Positions 39,001 through 50,446 are shown, counted from the stretch's first letter. The stretch: 64,000 bases of DNA from Eledone cirrhosa (GCA_964016885.1 OZ024740.1:361212001-361276000); one strand, 5' to 3'. Numbers and translations: made by a program. Notes: generated by a model from the sequence alone, not told the origin.

Positions 39001-40420
39001 AATCTCAAGAATAGTCACCCACCTCTGATAAATTAACATAGGACAACAACATAATCTAAACTAATGTATTCCAATTTATGGTTTATGGTTAGTTTGTTTT
39101 GTTTGTACGGCTGTCAATTAAGTATAAGAAATTGATTGAATTAACCGTAATTCTAATTTGGAACAAATTAATTCATTATATTTATTCTCTTATTTATATA
39201 AACTTATAATGGAGGGTAGCTGTGCTGGAGATGCACCAAAAATATATACGACAAGTATCAGTAAGAAAAAGCGAAGGTCAAGTGGACCAGCGGTCGCCAT
39301 CCGGTTTCGATTCTTAGTTAAAACCGTTTCACTTCTGTTTCTACTAACGTTACTTTTTTTTAATAATAGACATGTGCAGATGAATCGCTTCGTTGCTACT
39401 CAGAGTTTTATGCCACCCACATTGAATGATTTATGCGACAAAAACGTTAATGTTCTGTATATATTAGAATTTTGATGCCTTATCTACTTTCATTGGGAAG
39501 ACCAGTGGAAACGTAGTCGCCTTGGTTCGATCTTTCTTTTCTTTTCAACAAATACAATTTCTTCAATAGACAAAAGGGCTCAAATTTGTTCGGGAAATGA
39601 GACGGGTGTTTTTCATAGTCCCCCCCCCCCCCTCTTGGGGCATGAAAGGGGTTGATTAAGTGACGAGGTTGACTACAGCGAGGGAATTCACATCAGATTG
39701 GGATCAACGGCTCCGTGGGAGATTCATCTTCCCTGCAGTGCCCGCCAACTGTTCGATATTTTTACACGCGAGGAAGAAGGAATACGCATCATAAGGTTAA
39801 CATGACACCGGCCACAGAAATTGAAGCCGTGTGGGGCACTCTGTTCTCCAAGAATTTAAACACTGCGTTCTCTTACTATAACAGCAACGCAAAACATAGT
39901 CACACACATATATATATATCGTAAATACGCAGACATGGATGTATATATACTCATAAGTTCATACACATACATGTATATATACTCGGAAATGCATACATAT
40001 GTATATATATTTATAAATACAAACGCACATGTGTCTATATACTCACAAACACATTCATACGTATATAAACTCCTATAAATACATGCACATAAATGTATGT
40101 GTGTGTATGTATTTATAGACGTTTATAAATCAAGTGCACACACACATATATGAATGTGTATATATGTATTTATATATTATTGAAAATACATGCACACATG
40201 TATGTATGCGTACCTATATATATTCTCAACAAACATGCGAAAGAAAAGCAATTTATATAGCGATACGATAGAGAATTGGTTACGAAGAGACAGAGATAAA
40301 ATAAAGAAACTGAACCTGAGTGCAAAAATATGAGCCTAAAATGTCTAGCTTAATACAAGTGGGACATTGTAGCCTAGCGTCCTTGTTGCAGCCGGGAGTT
40401 TCACAAACTCGTGAAGCCAT
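12752..40420 (-). CDS. METAP1: Methionine aminopeptidase 1, complete spliced CDS (13 exons, 1122 nt, 373 aa)
   Basis: Exons join in frame with GT-AG introns. N-terminal zinc-finger cysteines ([28 protein letters not shown]) and the five M24A metal ligands in IDVT, HGDLNET, GHGIH, TIEPM and FEHT. Confidence 0.96.
13400..13590 (+). mobile_element. tRNA-derived SINE family A copy (older copy directly upstream at about 13200-13400)
   Basis: CAGTATCGGTAGAGGGTCGGACGCC...AGTTCAAATC...TTTGCCTTTCATCC...AGTAGAAACAATTATT. Confidence 0.75.
13662..13931 (+). repeat. Three tandem 90-bp units derived from a LINE RT C-terminal segment
   Basis: GGAATAGA starts units at 13662, 13752 and 13842. A unit translates as [30 protein letters not shown], resembling the LINE LRWxGHVxR motif. 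Confidence 0.7.
15009..15074 (-). CDS. METAP1: METAP1 exon 12 ([23 protein letters not shown])
   Basis: TTTCAG| acceptor, |GTAGGT donor, 66 nt, TIEPM motif. Confidence 0.93.
15540..16150 (-). mobile_element. CR1/L2-like LINE 3' relic
   Basis: ORF 15727-16155 has [17 protein letters not shown]...LNFIQRK...[15 protein letters not shown], typical post-RT motifs of the CR1/L2 group. Confidence 0.65.
16207..16244 (-). CDS. METAP1: METAP1 exon 11 ([12 protein letters not shown])
   Basis: CTTCTTCAG| acceptor, |GTAAGT donor, 38 nt, in phase with both neighbours. Confidence 0.92.
16580..16950 (+). mobile_element. tRNA-derived SINE family B with CORE-like middle and RTE-derived tail
   Basis: TGGCTTAGTGG (A box), GAGTTCAATTC (B box), CCTTGAGCAAGACACTT core-like segment, and tail GTTAGGAAGGGCATCCAGCTGTAGAAA shared with the RTE LINE. 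Near-identical copies at 29270-29609 and 63406-63750. Confidence 0.85.
17685..17790 (-). CDS. METAP1: METAP1 exon 10 ([36 protein letters not shown])
   Basis: CCACTCTAG| acceptor, |GTAAGT donor, 106 nt, GHGIH motif. Confidence 0.93.
17791..18150. repeat. Degenerate 51-70-bp tandem repeat that reiterates the exon 10 splice acceptor
   Basis: CTAGAGT recurs at 17791, 17893, 17951 and 18002, with variants near 17842 and 18073. Confidence 0.7.
18603..18734 (-). CDS. METAP1: METAP1 exon 9 ([20 protein letters not shown]...LELAINE)
   Basis: TTTCCAG| acceptor, |GTAAGG donor, 132 nt, HGDLNET motif. Confidence 0.94.
19883..19953 (-). CDS. METAP1: METAP1 exon 8 ([23 protein letters not shown])
   Basis: TTACAAG| acceptor, |GTAAGT donor, 71 nt, [11 protein letters not shown] motif. 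Confidence 0.93.
20110..20400 (-). mobile_element. Older tRNA-derived SINE (family C)
   Basis: Minus strand begins AGGTGCCTGGCTGAGTGG...GAGTTTGATT, followed by a CTTGAGAAAGACAC core-like segment. Related sequence near 41030-41110 and 41600-41760. Confidence 0.5.
20700..22510. mobile_element. Cluster of SINE family A copies around METAP1 exon 7 (20700-20925 -, 20940-21128 -, 21482-21628 +, 21935-22130 -, 22140-22335 -, 22350-22510 -)
   Basis: Each copy has the GGATGAAAGGCAAAGTT / GGGATTTGAACTC block or its reverse complement. Confidence 0.8.
21160..21227 (-). CDS. METAP1: METAP1 exon 7 ([23 protein letters not shown])
   Basis: TTTTACAG| acceptor, |GTAAGT donor, 68 nt, YPSPLNY..FPKSCC motif. 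Confidence 0.94.
23258..23341 (-). CDS. METAP1: METAP1 exon 6 ([28 protein letters not shown])
   Basis: TTTATCAG| acceptor, |GTAAGT donor, 84 nt, GVTTDEID motif. Confidence 0.94.
24605..24696 (-). CDS. METAP1: METAP1 exon 5 ([31 protein letters not shown])
   Basis: TTGTAG| acceptor, |GTGAGT donor, 92 nt. Confidence 0.92.
24928..24988 (-). CDS. METAP1: METAP1 exon 4 ([20 protein letters not shown])
   Basis: TTTTTCAG| acceptor, |GTTTGT donor, 61 nt, VP..I.RPDYA motif. Confidence 0.92.
25758..25837 (-). CDS. METAP1: METAP1 exon 3 ([27 protein letters not shown])
   Basis: CCTTCTAG| acceptor, |GTAAAC donor, 80 nt, PW..Y.FSG.LRP motif. Confidence 0.9.
26788..26839 (-). CDS. METAP1: METAP1 exon 2 ([17 protein letters not shown])
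   Basis: TTTTCAG| acceptor, |GTAAGT donor, 52 nt, completes the zinc finger. Confidence 0.92.
29270..29609 (-). mobile_element. tRNA-derived SINE family B copy
   Basis: Reverse complement of 16580-16950, ending in an (ATG)n tail. Confidence 0.85.
30890..31890 (+). mobile_element. Degenerate LINE 5' fragment (AP-endonuclease region)
   Basis: ORF 30976-31404 has [11 protein letters not shown]...VANVPT...KDDCYNQLQ...IILTDYNA, a decayed APE signature (VYAPT, KD.FY..L, GDFNA). Frameshifted downstream. Confidence 0.7.
31908..32065 (-). mobile_element. SINE family A copy (5'-truncated)
   Basis: Same body and tail as 20940-21128. Confidence 0.7.
32418..34175 (+). mobile_element. Degenerate RTE LINE fragment in METAP1 intron 1 (RT + PHD finger), with an internal inversion
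   Basis: Translates to [53 protein letters not shown] and FRYLG, with stops and frameshifts. 33940-34046 is inverted. Confidence 0.85.
40316..40420 (-). CDS. METAP1: METAP1 exon 1 ([35 protein letters not shown])
   Basis: AAGATGG start context, METAP1 zinc-finger N-terminus, donor CAG|GTTCAG, 105 nt. Confidence 0.94.
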
Positions 40421-42902
40421 CTTGTCTGTGGAAATGACGGAAAAATGAAACAAGATCGAGGCTCTCAACCGGTGTTTCGTTACCATATGTGCCTTAAGTT
40501 AAAAATGTGCAGTTTCTAAAGATTTTCTTCTTATTTCCCTTTTAGTGCCTTCTTTTCAGGCAACAAATTAGCAAAGTTGTTAGAGCGTCGGATTAAATCC
40601 CTTGGTATTTGTTCCGGTTCACTGCGCTTTGAGTTCAAATCTCACCGAGATTAATTTTTCCTTTCAGCCTTCTAAGGTAGATAAAACAAAGTACTAGTGG
40701 AGTACTTAAGCTGGTTTCCCACTCCTTTCTTTCTGACCTAGAGAAGGATGGGCTCTGCCAGGTTTAAAATACCCAATATGTGTCTCAGGACAGTACCCTT
40801 AGCACCCAACCAAAACTTAAGGAATATTTACTTTTTCATTTTTTTTTCACCCTCTCTAGGCACCTTCTACTGTGTTTAGAAATTGCCGGAATTGTCGTTT
40901 TCCCAACCGAACATTTACGAAGATTATTGGAAGTTGTCTATCATCTTAAAACGATATGTATTTATCATAGTGCTGTTCGGATTACGTCGGGTCCGACGAC
41001 GAGTGTTCCAGTTGATGCGATCAACGAAACAGCCAGCTCATGAAATTAATATGCAAGTGGCCAAGCATTCTACAGACATGTGTACTTTTAACGTTGTTAA
41101 CAAGGAGATTCGGCGTGATAAGTTTGGTATTTGTTACAGGTATAACTCTATATTCGAATTCTGTATTATTTTTTATTGTGTGGGTTTTCTTTTGTCCAGT
41201 AGGGTGAAGACTTTTTTCCAATGGCGTTTTGTCTGGTGGGAATTTTTTTTTTTATGGCGAGGTTTTTGTCCAGTAGTGATTTTTTCCAATGTTTCTTTTT
41301 TTTCTTTTTTTATCATGGACTCTGGTCTTTCTTGGGTGTCGGTCGTGTTCGGAATTTCAAATCACGGAGGGAGATTGTTCTGACGGTGGTTCTTATTAGT
41401 TATTGGTGTCGCTTGCTTGTTTCACTTCAGCTATGACTGAATGGTGAAGAGGTTCTTTTCGCAATCATTAGGCCCCAGGTTCGATCCTACTGTGTAACAT
41501 CTTGGGCAAATGTCGTTTACCGTAGCCTCAAGTCGACACATGAATTGTGAATGGAATTGAGTAGACGGAAGCTGTTTAGAAATCCATCGGGTGGACTGTA
41601 CTTGTAATTCAATGGATCAACCTTGTTATGCTGAATCTTGCTGAGAATTACATTAGTTATACATGTCTGGAATGCTTAGTCAATTAAACGTTAATTTCAC
41701 GTGCAGTTGATTGAACAACTGGAACACTAATCGTCAAAACCAATTGAAGTCCACCAAGTTCGATCGTAAAGTGTATATATATATTTATATATATACTTTG
41801 GGAGGGTCATGCTGCCAATAAAAACACACGCACCTGTTGGTTCTGGATTCCTCACCACCGTTAACACTTTACCTCTAGGTTTTATCAGCATATAATTACC
41901 TCCACAGCACCACATTCTATGATCAGCTCATTCCTCTACTTACCTCCTATTTATCTCAAATCTTATACTCTACAATAACTATTGGGAATAAACAAAGTTA
42001 CCAGCAATTCATATAACTACAATAACTTACTTACTAATATTTTATTCATTTAATTAATATATGGGTAGGTAGTGATAAAATGAGACCTTTAAGGTATTAT
42101 ATGGAAAAAGATTGTATTTAAAATTAAATATATAAATTTTAAAATAAATAGCATTATATAAAATGATTCACTTATAATATAGAATTTAACTAATTGGAGT
42201 TGTAAACAACTATACATTTTTCTCTTATATACAAATTAATCGCCAATTACCTCCCCTTTCACATTAGCTCCCCTTAATATAGATCTCTAATAACTTCCTG
42301 AAATTAAACCGTTAGACAGATCACTCCAGAAAACTCAAACCCTTGATAAGATTGTAATTGAACCAATATACAATCGACAGTTGTAGCTACTAATAAACAT
42401 TTACTAAAATATAACCAATGTAATGGAAAGGAAAACCTTAATATTAATACTCACAACACATGTACATTTGAACATTACCAGAACAATTATCACATTACAT
42501 CCACCATAAACTTCATAGAAACTGCTTTTCATACCCAGGCATCTCTGTCTGCCTAATATGCTTTTATACCTGTATTGTATTATGTGATACCTTCGCCATA
42601 CTGTGATATATATGCTTAGTACCATTGCTTGTTTCTTACCTGGTTATTCTGTACATGCCTAACACATATGCACTCTTTCTATATGCTTGCATATGTACCG
42701 CTAATGTCCTCGTTTTGCGAGTTTCTTTAATTCCTCTATAATTGTTGTATTATTCTTTTATAATCTTTGTCGCATCCACTTATACTGACCACATCATCTC
42801 CACTCTTTAAATATGAGACTGTTAATGACAGCACTAACATCTACGTATCTTTACGATTGTTCTGTGAAATAGGAGGTTAATTATATGTCTAAATTTTGCC
42901 AG

Positions 42903-42949
42903 TGCTCCGATGATTCCAAATGAAAGTTTGGCAGAAACGATTGTCAGCA
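42903..42949 (+). ncRNA. Type I hammerhead ribozyme motif (U4C core variant)
   Basis: TGCT-CCGATGA-TTCCAAAT(GAAA)GTTTGGCA-GAAA-CGATTG-TC-AGCA: stem I TGCT/AGCA, stem II with GAAA loop, near-palindromic stem III, GUC site. Confidence 0.65.
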
Positions 42950-43140
42950 ATAGAATGTTAAGAACATAGTTTTGATTATTTTGTAATTTATAATTTATAT
43001 TCCGGATCTGTAAAACATCTGATGTATTTACATTGAGCTATGTTTCTTACTGGTAATAAGGTGGTAATGAATTACTGACCTTTCCTGTTTATAATTATAT
43101 ATAGTGTATATTTAAGTATAAATAATATTATTATTATGTG

Positions 43141-43175
<35 letters not shown>

Positions 43176-43176
43176 G

Positions 43177-43261
<85 letters not shown>

Positions 43262-43480
43262 GTATATATATATATATTTTGTTTGTTACCCTAACGTCCC
43301 CTTTATTTACGTGTCCCAACGACTTTTTTTAGCCGTTGTTCGCACCAACCTGAGGTATATGGCCCTTAAAGCGATGAAATGCCTGAGACGGTTGGAGGGT
43401 CACTGATGAAGGACTTACTTTTTCATATGCACCCCCATTTGCAACGCGCAGCCATCAGTATTATCATATATATGTATAAG

Positions 43481-43511
<31 letters not shown>

Positions 43512-43559
43512 GTATATGTATATATGTATATATATGTATATGTATATATATGTATATGT

Positions 43560-44247
43560 TCATATCCGAACGGATAAATGAACACTGGCGAGACCTTCAA
43601 GATAGTAAAGAATCATCTGTACTCTACCAACATGCTAAAATAGAACACAAGGGTAAATTAGAGAACATAGAAATAAAAATAGAATCTACACACAGAAAAG
43701 ACGCAATGTTTAGACAAATTACAGAGGCAATAAACATAAAAGAATTACAACCAAAATTAAATAGAAAATATGAGTGGAACAGCAACATCACAACTTACAA
43801 TTAAGGAAAAATGAAAACACACATACACATAGAACAAACAACCAACCAGTAACATGTAAATAAACAAATGAATAAATGAACATAAACACACACAGACACC
43901 CGGATGTGGCGCATGCGCAGACTGAGCACACAACACACACACAGAAACAAAATGGCGTAGGACAGAACAAAGGAGAGGCACAGAAACAAAGAAAGGAATC
44001 CCCAGTCACTGAAGAGGTCACAGAGTGTGTGACGAAAGAACTATGACTATATATAAACAACTATCTGGTTGTGGAACCAACCAACCAACCAGAAATTTAA
44101 ATTTATAAATTTATTATAATAAATTGAAGTGAAAGCAACTGGTGCGTGTGTTTCTTATTGGCAACATGACCCTCCCAAAGTATAACGATATCGGTTTCAA
44201 CACACGATTTCAGATAAAGAATCTTGCTAAACAAATTCAGAAACGAA
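43560..44247 (+). mobile_element. Penelope-like element 3' fragment (end of GIY-YIG ORF + hammerhead-bearing terminal region)
   Basis: ERINEHWRDLQDSKESSVLYQH...RQITEAINI...LNRKYEW; near-identical to 62752-63405; flanked by (TA)n on both sides. Confidence 0.85.
44004..44048 (+). ncRNA. Minimal type I hammerhead ribozyme in the Penelope-like terminal repeat
   Basis: AGTCA-CTGAAGA-G-GTCACA(GAGTG)TGTGAC-GAAA-GAAC-TA-TGACT. Confidence 0.8.
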
Positions 44248-44286
44248 ATATATATATATATATATATATGTAAATATATATATATG

Positions 44287-44413
<127 letters not shown>

Positions 44414-44442
44414 GTATATATATATATATATGTATATATATG

Positions 44443-44595
<153 letters not shown>

Positions 44596-44608
44596 GTATA
44601 TATATATG

Positions 44609-44663
<55 letters not shown>

Positions 44664-44664
44664 G

Positions 44665-44699
<35 letters not shown>

Positions 44700-45084
44700 G
44701 TATATATATATGTATATATATATGTATATATATATGTATATATATATATGTATATATATATGTATATATATATATGTATATGTATATATATGTATATATG
44801 TATATGTATATATATGTATATATATATATGTATATGTATATATATGTATATATATATATATGTATATATATATGTATATATATATGTATATATATATGTA
44901 TATATATATGTATATATATATATATGTATATATATATGTATATATATATATATGTATATATGTATATATATATATATGTATATATATATATGTATATATA
45001 TATATGTATTTATATATATATGTATATATATATGTATATATATATATGTATTTATATATATATGTATTTATATATGTATATATG

Positions 45085-45115
<31 letters not shown>

Positions 45116-45144
45116 GTATATATATATATGTATATATATATATG

Positions 45145-45175
<31 letters not shown>

Positions 45176-45324
45176 GTATATATATATATGTATATATATA
45201 TATGTATATATATATGTATATATATATGTATATATATATATATATGTGTATATGTATATATATATATGTGTATATGTATATATATATATGTATATATATA
45301 TGTATATATGTATATATATATATG

Positions 45325-45355
<31 letters not shown>

Positions 45356-45376
45356 GTATATATGTATATATATATG

Positions 45377-45409
<33 letters not shown>

Positions 45410-45562
45410 GTATATATGTATATATATATGTATATATGTATATATATATATGTATATATATATATGTATATATATATATGTATATATGTATATATATGTA
45501 TATATGTATATATATATATGTATATATATATGTATATATGTATATATATATATGTATATATG

Positions 45563-45593
<31 letters not shown>

Positions 45594-45654
45594 GTATATA
45601 TGTATATATATATATGTATATATGTATATATATATATGTATATATGTATATGTA

Positions 45655-45703
<49 letters not shown>

Positions 45704-45724
45704 GTATGTATATATATATATGTA

Positions 45725-45867
<143 letters not shown>

Positions 45868-46079
45868 GTATATATATATGTAGATAAATCTACCAAGAGT
45901 TTACGGTAGTGTCCAATCCGTATGAAGAACTCAATGTAATCCGGATATCATGGAAAGAAGAGATGCAATGAAAAATCACTTTCGGTGAAAGATAAACGGA
46001 ATACAGAGTCAAGATAAAATATTAAAAAAATAATGAATAAAACAATGAAACAGTTCCTTATATTAAACAAAAAAAGTTC

Positions 46080-46228
46080 ATTATTTAACGATCGTTTCTA
46101 GGATATATATGTGTTAGAATTGGCATGCATATTCAACAGATCTATGTACAAAATTATACAAAATTATACAAACTATCAAAATTAAATATACATACCAAAC
46201 ACATATATATGCCGTCTTCAGAAATAAT
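46080..46228 (-). ncRNA. Type I hammerhead ribozyme with long stem II (mirror copy)
   Basis: Reverse complement of 46227-46375. Confidence 0.7.
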
Positions 46229-46375
46229 TATTTCTGAAGACGGCATATATATGTGTTTGGTATGTATATTTAATTTTGATAGTTTGTATAATTTTGTATA
46301 ATTTTGTACATAGATCTGTTGAATATGCATGCCAATTCTAACACATATATATCCTAGAAACGATCGTTAAATAAT
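46227..46375 (+). ncRNA. Type I hammerhead ribozyme with long stem II
   Basis: ATTATTT-CTGAAGA-[GGCATATATATGTGTT...AACACATATATATCC]-GAAA-CGATCG-TT-AAATAAT: 7-bp stem I, intact core, palindromic stem III. Confidence 0.7.
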
Positions 46376-46442
46376 GAACTTTTTTTGTTTAATATAAGGA
46401 ACTGTTTCATTGTTTTATTCATTATTTTTTTAATATTTTATG

Positions 46443-46546
<104 letters not shown>

Positions 46547-46566
46547 TGTATATGTATATATATATG

Positions 46567-46629
<63 letters not shown>

Positions 46630-46768
46630 GTATATATGTATATATATATGTATATATATATATGTATATATGTATATATATATGTATATATATATATATG
46701 TATATATGTATATATATATGTATATATATATATGTATATATGTATGTATATATGTATATGTATATATG

Positions 46769-46799
<31 letters not shown>

Positions 46800-46836
46800 G
46801 TATATATGTATATATATATATATGTATATATATATG

Positions 46837-46887
<51 letters not shown>

Positions 46888-46896
46888 GTATATATG

Positions 46897-46927
<31 letters not shown>

Positions 46928-46936
46928 GTATATATG

Positions 46937-46967
<31 letters not shown>

Positions 46968-46982
46968 GTATATATGTATATA

Positions 46983-47031
<49 letters not shown>

Positions 47032-47034
47032 GTG

Positions 47035-47067
<33 letters not shown>

Positions 47068-47079
47068 GTATATATATAT

Positions 47080-47185
<106 letters not shown>

Positions 47186-47186
47186 G

Positions 47187-47235
<49 letters not shown>

Positions 47236-47236
47236 G

Positions 47237-47361
<125 letters not shown>

Positions 47362-47362
47362 G

Positions 47363-47450
<88 letters not shown>

Positions 47451-47548
47451 TATATAACGAAGGAAATGTGGTAAGGAACCAGGTGGACCATAACGCACCA
47501 AAGTACTCAATACTTGAGGTAGTAGAGTGGGTAACAGGAACCAGTAAG

Positions 47549-47642
47549 ACCCCGACAGCTGAGCTCAAGCCGTTTCGACGGCTAATTCTGGACTAAATGA
47601 GAATTTATCCTGGTATTTAAATAGCCGATCTTCTCAAGGGGT
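47549..47642 (-). ncRNA. Type I hammerhead ribozyme with U3-A8 core variant and full stem III
   Basis: ACCCC-TTGAGAA-GATCGGCTA...TAGCCGTC-GAAA-CGGCT(TGAGCTC)AGCTG-TC-GGGGT. Confidence 0.75.
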
Positions 47643-48225
47643 AATTCCATATATGGTCAAAGTGATTGTCAAAAATCAGTAGTAATTCTGTGGTTGCAAA
47701 TTAGTAGGGGAGATGGTGGCTAAACCTGCCAGTAGGAGAAAGAGGGGAGGGGGTGGAGTAGCCCCAATCAAGCGTTTGTAGTGCAGCTACAGCTGGGCAT
47801 GAGGTCAAAGAAGATACAGGGGAGGGGGAGGGGGAGGAAGTCGGAACGGTAGGTAGAACAATGGAGGGTAGAAATATATAGGAAAGAAAAAATACTGAGA
47901 GTGAAGAAAAGCAAATAAGTGTAAAGAAAAACAAATGAGTGTAAAGAAAAAATTTAAGTTAATTAAATTCTACGACCTAGGTCTCTAGCTATTGTTAGTC
48001 TAGAATAAATAAATAAATAAAGAAAGAAGTAAAGAAGGAAATAAAGAAATAACGAAATAAGTAAAAGAACTAGGTGGGACGGATTAGGCGAGGACCCTTT
48101 TAAGAGGTATAAGTACTTAAATGATACGGTGACGGGTCAACAAAAGGGGCCAAAATACTAAAGAGACTACCACGAAATAAACAATAAGGGTTTCCATCCC
48201 GGGCACAATTCCAGCAACCCCCGGT

Positions 48226-48415
48226 TGAGGTCACAGATCTTATAGGATTATTCCTAATAGCCAAACTCACTGATATGTTTCCTGCATTCGGTGGTGGATT
48301 GTACCGTGATGATGGGCTCCTTACCCTTAAAGGGTACAACCCCAGTAGTACAGATCTGGTCCGGAAACAATTAATCAGATTCTTCCGCGACTGGGATTTA
48401 AAATAACCCTACAAA
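48226..48415 (+). mobile_element. Penelope-like RT fragment of a second family (GLYRDDGL motif), missed by the ORF track
   Basis: Translates as EVTDLIGLFLIAKLTDMFPAFGGGLYRDDGLLTLKGYNPSSTDLVRKQLIRFFRD. Confidence 0.7.
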
Positions 48416-48427
48416 CGTCCCTGACCA

Positions 48428-50446
48428 GACACAAACCGGAACTGCATTTCATCTAGATCAATTCTCTCTCTGATTAGTTGCGCTATTACTTTTTCCGTGA
48501 CCTTCATGACCTGGTCGATTAATTTAATGCCTCTATAGTTACTCCTATCTAGGGCATCTCCTTTTCCCTTATAGCAGTTAACGATGATGCTGCTACGCCA
48601 TTCCTTCGGAACAACCCCATTCTGTACGACTTGTTAACTATCCGGGTGACCATGGTGTGTCCCACCGACCAGATGCCTTCAGCATCTCAGCAACTATTTC
48701 CGAAGGCCCAGCCGCCTTACCCGTCTTCATATCTTTGATTGCCTTACTTATTATACTACCTTCAACTAACACTGCTGGTCCCTCTATTGGATCGATCTGG
48801 GGGAGACTGTCTTTCTCCCATTTGTTCTCCTCATTTAGAAGCCTTTCGTAGTGACACTTCCAAGCTACCTTCTTATCAGCGTCGGTGATGGCAAGTATGC
48901 CATCATCGTTAAGTACACACTTCTCCCGACAATATCACGGTTTTCCTTGACACATTGCCTGGCAATCCTGAACACCTCACGTTTTTGGTCCTCACGTTGT
49001 AGAACATGCTTGAACTTTCTTTCCTCTGCTTCCCTTCTTGCGAAGTACACTTGTCTCCTAGCTTCCCTCCTGGCCACTTGATAGTCTTCTCTACTTCCCC
49101 CATCCCGCCATACTTTCCAACCCTGCTTTTTGGCCTTAATTGACTCCTCCACCTTACTGTTCCACCACCATGTTACTCTCCTCCTACCTACAGGCCTGCT
49201 CCAGCCACAGACTTCGTCTGCCGCCGTCAGCAGGTTTGCTCTCAGGAATTCCCACTGTTCCTCTATATTATACGACTCTAATTGCTCTTCCTTACTGTCG
49301 AAAGCGTCAAGTAATTTGCTTTGAAATTTATTTCTGGCTATGGGGTCCTTTAGCTTCCATATTTTTCTCCTGAGGATAGTCCTCTTCCGCTGTCTAGTAC
49401 GTCTCGTCCTGACTATGAGGTCGCTAATTATCAGTCTATGTTGGGAGGTGAATTCTTCATGGGGGTGGGATTTAGTGTTAACAACAGACACTCTGTCACG
49501 TCTTCTGGTAAGGATATAATCTACCTGGCTTGTGTGTTCCCCCGATCTATAGGTGATCAAGTGATTGTCTCGTTTTTTGAAGTTAGTGTTACAGATAGTC
49601 AAGTTATTTGCGTCGCAGATTTCCAGGATTCTGGAGCCTTCCTCATTTCTAGTACCGAACCCATAGCCTCCATGGATTCCGTCATAGCCGTCACAATGTT
49701 GTCCAACGTGACCATTTAGGTCGCCTGCAATAACTATATAGTCACTGTCGGTTATTTGGGAGGTAGCGAGCATCAGTGTCTCGTAGAATCTGTCTTTTAT
49801 AGCGCGGGGCAGTCCGGATTGGGGTGCGTACGCAGATATTACTGTCACCGTAGTTTTATTGAGGACAAGTCTTATTTTAATTATTCTGTCGTTCACTCTA
49901 TTTACGTCTATTATCTTATCTGCCCACTTTTCTGCTACCATGATTCCTACCCCACCCAACCCATTGTCATTTCCCACCCAGAAAAGCTTATAGCATCGCT
50001 CTTTACCCACGATGAATCTAGCCGACCCTCCCCTCCACCTGGTCTCTTGAATACAACAAACATCGACCTCCTTACGTTCAAGCATTTCTACAACCTCGTT
50101 AGAGCGACCCTTTAAGGTGCCTACATTTATGGTACCAACTCTGAAGTTTTGGATTGCGTTTGGAGGGTGGGAGCGGTGGGGCGCGGGGGGGGATGGGGTT
50201 ATGTTAGCCATCCTGGGCCGAAACAAGGAGGAGTGCTTGCATTCTCGTCCACGAGGTGAATTTGGCTTTATCTTTGGCATTGTCGCTGAGCGTCCACATT
50301 TTTCTCTCTTCAACTCTCCAGAATTCCGTAGTCCATCCATCATATCGAAAAGCAACCAGTTAAGCGATAGTATGGGCCTCTGACTTATGATTGGTCCACG
50401 TAATAATGGTGGTGCGTGGGGGCGGGTGGGAGGGATGATGGGTTGT
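48428..50446 (-). mobile_element. RTE LINE 5' half (intact APE endonuclease to start of RT)
   Basis: ORF 48865-50355 with GTINVGTL, CIQETRW, SAYAPQ, GDLNGHVG and SQVDYIL. Frameshift near 48925; truncated at the QF(G)FV motif next to the Penelope fragment. Confidence 0.92.

Larger units (their letters stand above)
46014..46441. repeat. 428-bp spacerless palindrome (214-bp arms, centre 46227/46228)
   Basis: ...GCCGTCTTCAGAAATAA|TTATTTCTGAAGACGGC...; arms match by eye out to 46014 and 46441. Confidence 0.92.

Noticed and set aside
43277-43467. TA-flanked island with CCAAC-CTGAGGT...GAAA...GTTGG and a separate CTGATGA, hammerhead-like
   Set aside because: Core A9 is altered, stem II is poor and no UH precedes stem I. 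Possibly a decayed member, but not supportable.
44180-44247. Minus-strand GAAA-CCGATATCG-TT resembling a hammerhead 3' half
   Set aside because: No CUGANGA core or stem I partner is visible before the TA array.
50190-50300. HDV-like ribozyme in the RTE 5' region (GGCTAA motif)
   Set aside because: Could not assemble the P1/P1.1/P2/P3 nested pseudoknot by eye, and the sister copy differs at the motif.
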